DNA of 63,862 nucleotides, the filler included, from Thelocarpon superellum (Eukaryota): assembly GCA_026025795.1 (NCBI GenBank). It is 5 parts of 5 records of this genome, joined end to end, with 100 filler letters (N's around TTAATTAATTAA, not from the genome) between each part and the next. Parts side by side here need not be neighbours in the genome. Positions count along the whole stretch, not along the records: positions 51,714 to 63,862 come from JAPEUG010000490.1; 4 more parts are not named here. The stretch is one strand, 5' to 3'. A model generated the notes under the pieces. It ran no database searches. It saw nothing but the letters and a program-made list of their open reading frames with translations, and was not told the DNA's origin. The translations under genes and the position numbers were made by a program. Below are positions 59,106-63,862 of the stretch, piece after piece (the first letter of the stretch is position 1; the number at the start of each line of letters is the position of its first letter).

Positions 59106-62100
59106 TCAATAAACGTAATAACCCTGCGAAAGAGGTAACTCCGTTGCTGGATCTGCCGTGCACAGGTCTCCGTCGGCGTGGACCGTCTGTGTGTTTTTCT
59201 CGTTAGCCACACCCTTCCCCTTGACTTCCTTTTCATTCCCTCATCTCATCATCATCATCATCATCATCATTTTCTTCGCCCCGTACTTACATATCTTTCG
59301 GGATCAACCTTCATCACAGGCATGGTCGCGTTGAATTTCATGTCCTTCTTCCCCACTTTCCGGCAATCGCGCACGGCCTCCACCCGTTTCCGCAGTCCGT
59401 AACTTGCGATGGTCCCGTTGGTGATGGAGCTCTGCGAGACGAACGTGATGCTGGTTTTGGGTACCATTGTCTGGTTACACGTCTCGTTAGATGACAGGAA
59501 CAGGGAGGCGGAAGGAAGTGGACCCCACTGCAAACATCGGTCGGGCCATCACTGGCTCCACTGGTGGAATCCTATTCTCCGTCAATACCATCACCATCGT
59601 CATGACCACGTAGAGGACTCATCCCACATACGAGGCGTTTGGATCACCCTGCCACAGATTTCGTCAGTACCATCCAACTACTCGGCCGGACGAACCCACC
59701 ATCTGTGCATATGATATCATCCCACTCTTCAACACCATGTTCGGCTTGGCCCCAAAATTGGCAAAATCCCACAGCACCAGATCCGCCAACTTCCCCTTCT
59801 CCACGCTCCCTAACACGTGGCTCATGCCCTGCGCAATCGCCGGATTGATGGTGTATTTGCTAATGTACCGCTTGACCCGGAAATTGTCCGTCCCGCTTCC
59901 CAAGTCCTCCGGTAGTGTCCCCCGCTGCATCTTATTCTTGTGTGCCGTGTTCCATGTGCGCAAGATCACCTCTCCGCATCGTCCCATGGCCTGCGAGTCC
60001 GACGACATCATACTGATGGCTCCGAGATCGTGCAGTACATCCTCGGCGGCAATCGTCTCGGCCCGGATCCGACTCTCGGCAAAGGCGACGTCGCTGGGGA
60101 TGTTCCTCGAGAGGTGGTGGCATACCATCAGCATGTCGAGGTGTTCGTCCAGCGTATTGCTGGTGTATGGTCGTGTCGGATTCGTGCTGCTCGGGAGCAC
60201 GTTGGCATGCTCCACCACCGAGATGATATCCGGTGCATGCCCACCTCCTGCGCCTTCCGTGTGGTAGGTGTGGATGGTCCGGCCCTTGAATGCCTCGATG
60301 CTCTGCTCGACGAACCCGGATTCGTTCAACGTGTCCGTATGAATCAGACACTGTACGTCGAGATCATCACACACGCTGTGGCCGTTGATCAGTACCCCTT
60401 CATATCTTCCCTTCCTATCTCCCCTTATCTCCCCTTCATATCTCCCCTTCATATCTCCCCTGAACTCACTCACCTCAAACATGTGTCAATCGCCGTCGGG
60501 GTCGTCCCCCAGTCTTCATGTAGTTTCAGTCCCGCCGCTCCAGCATGCACCTGTTCTTCCAACCCCGTTTGCCCACTATCATTTCCCTTGCCGGTGATGC
60601 CAAAATTGATCGGAAGCTCGTCGCATGCTTGGAGCATCTCACGCATGTAGTTCTTCCCCGGCGTGCAGGTCGTGGCACTCGTCCCGGCACTTCCCTTGTC
60701 AGTATCCCTCACGTCCACATCGATTGGCAGGGCTCACCTCGGTCCTGTCCCTCCGCCCAACATGGTCGTGATTCCCGAGCTCACCGCTTCGTATGCCTGT
60801 TGAGGACAGATAAAGTGGACGTGCGTGTCCAAGCCACCCGCAGTCAAGATCTTCCCCTCTCCGGCAATGGCGTCGGTGCATGATCCCACCACCATACCCG
60901 GGTCCACTCCTTCCATCACGTCGGGATTGCCCGCCTTGCCGATCCCCACAATCTTTCCATGCTTGACCCCGACATCCGCCTTGTAGATGCCAGTCCAGTC
61001 GACAATCAACGCATTGGTGATGACCAGATCAAGACTCTCCGCGTCCGATCGTCCACTGGCTTGACCCATGCCCTCGCGCAACGTCTTGCCTCCCCCAAAT
61101 TTGCACTCGTCGCCGTAGCCAGCCAGATCCTTCTCCACCGTGATCCACAGCGCCGTGGGGCCGAGACGGATACGGTCGCCCGTGGTGGGCCCGAACATGG
61201 TCACGTATGCCTCGCGCGCCATAGACGACAGGTCAATGCGCGAGCTGTCCGCGTCTGGCTCGGGCGTATGGGCGAACCCGCCCTCTTGCAACCTCGCGAG
61301 AATCTCGTCGGCGCGAGACAGATCGACCGGGCCCGAGGCGACGCCATTCCCTCCGCGGATGACGCGGTGTCCACCAATCTCGACCAACGTCACCGTCTTC
61401 TTATCTCCTGGCTCAAAGCGGATGGACGTGCCGGCGGCGATGTCCAGCCGGTATCCGTAGGCCCTGAGTCGATCAAAGTCGAGATGTGGATTGGTCTCGA
61501 TGAAGTGATAGTGTGACCCCACCTGGATCGGTCGATCTCCCTTGCTGGTCACCTGGAGCCGGATGCGTTTGCGCCCTTTGTTGAAGACAATCCGACCATC
61601 GGCGGCGGGGACGACGGCGCCGGGCATCTGGGAGGGTTCATAGTCTCCTTCCGACGGCAGCTCGAACAGATCGTTGGACGGGATGGGTAGGAAACTCCCG
61701 TACAGGGCCCGCTCGAGATTGCCGTCGGTGGTGCTGATGGGATGATGGACCGTCACCAAATAGGTGCCGGTGGGAAAGGTGCCCTCGACTTGGAGCTCGG
61801 TCAGGGTGGAGGGAACTGAGGGAAGGACATGTCGACGGCCAAGCATCGTGGTTCCAATGGACATGAGATCAGCCACGGTATGGTTGCCATCGCGGATCAA
61901 CTGAGACTATCAGTGGCGAGCCTTTGCCCAGTGCCTCACGGGACATGCCTCGTGTAGATTGCTAGCAATCAAGGCCTGATCATCATGAGCGGGGCGTGTC
62001 TAAAAGCTGACCAACATACTGTTGCCTCGGTGTGATTGAGCTTGACCCCTCGGGCTAACCGGCGTTGGGCAAGGAAGCCCAGCTGGGAGATGACGAGCTT

Positions 62101-62180
62101 ATCGAGCTACGCGGGGCATCAGCGTGGGCCAGGAGCTGTCTATCCGGGGACGACCATACCTCTCGAGGGACTAAAGGCAT
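59106..62180 (-). CDS. URE1: Urease (fused gamma-beta-alpha, nickel-dependent)
   Basis: [78 protein letters not shown] and SDSQAMGR. Ends ...[10 protein letters not shown]. About nine introns. Confidence 0.96.
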
Positions 62181-62513
62181 GCTGTTGATACGGACCTGAT
62201 CTCACTGTTCCTTCAAGTCTCTTGTGTCCAGATCGTGTATCGATCGGAAAATGTCGGGGGGTGATGTGGTTGATCGTGGAAGCGGGGCATAGGCACAGGT
62301 GGCACGTCCCATGTCATACCAGGATAGCTCACCCGACCAATCAAACGGGGAGTCCGTAGCTCTCTCTACTGCACATACACAACTGATGACTTATTGGTTG
62401 GGACCAGGAATGAGAATAGCACGTCTCTTCCCAAGGTCACGAAAAGTCTCTCGGAGAGGTCCATGTTGCGTAGATCCCCGACGCCGATGCTGGACACAGC
62501 AAACGACACTATA

Positions 62514-63338
62514 TCACAGTGGAGCCTTAGCCCCCCGCTCCCACCAATCCCACAGACCGCCCTCCTCATCCTCCCTCGCCCGTTCCATCTCCTCTCGTTT
62601 CTTCCGCAACCGACTCAATTCCACCGGACCGTTCCAATTCCAATCACACAAGCCGACGGGTCCGCCTCGGCGCCGGAGGTCCTGCGCCATGGCGGATCGA
62701 AGATCAGGCACGAAGCGGCCGTAGAAGCGACATCGCTCGATCTGAGCACGGTGATTGAAAGCCGACGGGGAGGCGGTGACCTGGAACTCGCGCGTGGTTG
62801 GGGACGAAGAGGACGGTGATGGTGATGGTGATGGTGGGGTCGGGGCCGAGGGAAATTGCGTGGCGATCGAGGAGATTGGACGGGCGAGGTCGGCGGCCTG
62901 CCTCGAGCTCTTGATGGCGAAGCGCACGGGACTCACTTTCAGGAAGTCATGTCGGGCGCGCTCGTCGCGGAAGACGGCCACGGCTGCGTGGGGCACGGGC
63001 TGGCGTGGATCATGCTGCTCGAGGTTAGATGCGTGGGCTCGAGTGCGGCGGTGGCAGGGATCACGTACACTCAGGCTCTGGTAGGCCACGACCTCGCCAT
63101 ATCGCTGCAGCGTCCTGAGCACCTGCGTACTCTCTGTCAGGTTCCGCGGTCGCGGATGGATGCGTAGGTGGACGGCGCGTGCATTGGCGGCTGCGTTGGC
63201 CGCGGCGTTGATGCTGGCTGATGTGTTCGCTGTGGACGTGGATGTGGCTGTCGCTATCGATCTCGCGTGGGCGAGGGTGCGAGTGACGGTGGCTGTGACT
63301 TTGCCACTGCCTCTGCCACTGCCAGGTACGAGGCCCAT
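62514..63338 (-). CDS. Hypothetical protein, possibly with an RRM-like N-terminal domain
   Basis: 274-codon ORF with a globular-looking segment AVHLRIHPRPRNLTESTQVLRTLQRYGEV. Probable in-frame intron near 63017-63073. The start is uncertain. Confidence 0.65.
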   Translation of the reverse strand: MGLVPGSGRGSGKVTATVTRTLAHARSIATATSTSTANTSASINAAANAAANARAVHLRIHPRPRNLTESTQVLRTLQRYGEVVAYQSLSVRDPCHRRTRAHASNLEQHDPRQPVPHAAVAVFRDERARHDFLKVSPVRFAIKSSRQAADLARPISSIATQFPSAPTPPSPSPSPSSSSPTTREFQVTASPSAFNHRAQIERCRFYGRFVPDLRSAMAQDLRRRGGPVGLCDWNWNGPVELSRLRKKREEMERAREDEEGGLWDWWERGAKAPL

Positions 63339-63862
63339 CTCGTGGTGGAGAGCATGCTACCCCGTGGAAGGATGGTAGGGCGAGCAAATGCTGTACGAGT
63401 AGTGCTTGTACGGCAGCAGTACTGTAGCATCAAGTCGCGATGTGGGGTGGGGAGCTCCTCCACCTTTCTCCATCCGCCTGTAAGCGACTTGTCAGGTGAA
63501 CGGCTTAACAGAGTACACTTGTAGTACGTCACGAAGGGCTTCTACCGGTGGAATCATGATTGCGTCCATCAATGCCCAAAACATCCCGTCTCGATTGAAA
63601 AAGGATATTGCCCGTCAATCCGATTGTACCTTACAGTCGACGTATTCACTCCACAGATTCCTCTCCACATCTGATCCTCCCCATCCCTCCGCTGTTCCCC
63701 CACGTCGTCTCGTGAAATGTCGTGCAACGCGTCGTACCCCGACCGATCAAACAGATAGCCACCCCGCGCACGCGGGCGCGATAACTCCAAGACCAGGCAA
63801 AGCTGCCTGCAGACCTCCACCTCCACCAGGATAATGTGCATGCGCGTAACCCAAAGCCCCCC

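Noticed and set aside
41121..62180. Nitrogen-salvage cluster of MEU1, DAL5-like permease and urease
   Set aside because: Urease is on a different contig, beyond the linker at 51614. MEU1-DAL5 adjacency alone is weak, and DAL5-family substrates vary.

Overview
This is GC-rich DNA from a filamentous ascomycete (Pezizomycotina-type genes, short GT-AG introns with CTRAC branch sites). The window is not one locus. It is five unrelated contigs joined by artificial 100-nt linkers (N44-TTAATTAATTAA-N44 at 12916, 25865, 38766 and 51614), so gene adjacency across linkers has no biological meaning. Most of the content is housekeeping or core genes: sideroflexin FSF1, intron-containing tRNA-Arg(TCG), PP2C PTC6, a PET8-like mitochondrial carrier, a GPR1/FUN34 transporter, a LicD protein, a Zn2Cys6 transcription factor, two MFS transporters, the BUD22 tail, an SSO syntaxin, MEU1, a Btb1/IBTK-like protein, a methyltransferase tail, NGG1/ADA3, a PA-TM-RING ligase and urease. 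Four features stand out. (1) A nested fold-back/MITE-like element at 38041-38551 contains a CACGTG-rich sub-module that recurs on another contig. (2) A FAR1/Mutator-derived gene has an in-frame TAG exactly where Trp is expected. (3) A ~2000-aa disordered protein is built from acidic WG/WxxF repeats and carries PY motifs. (4) An uncharacterised secreted modular protein has an internal hydrophobic hairpin. I cannot demonstrate a new multi-gene system from the sequence alone. Family calls come from motif recognition, not database searches, and exon boundaries are hand predictions.
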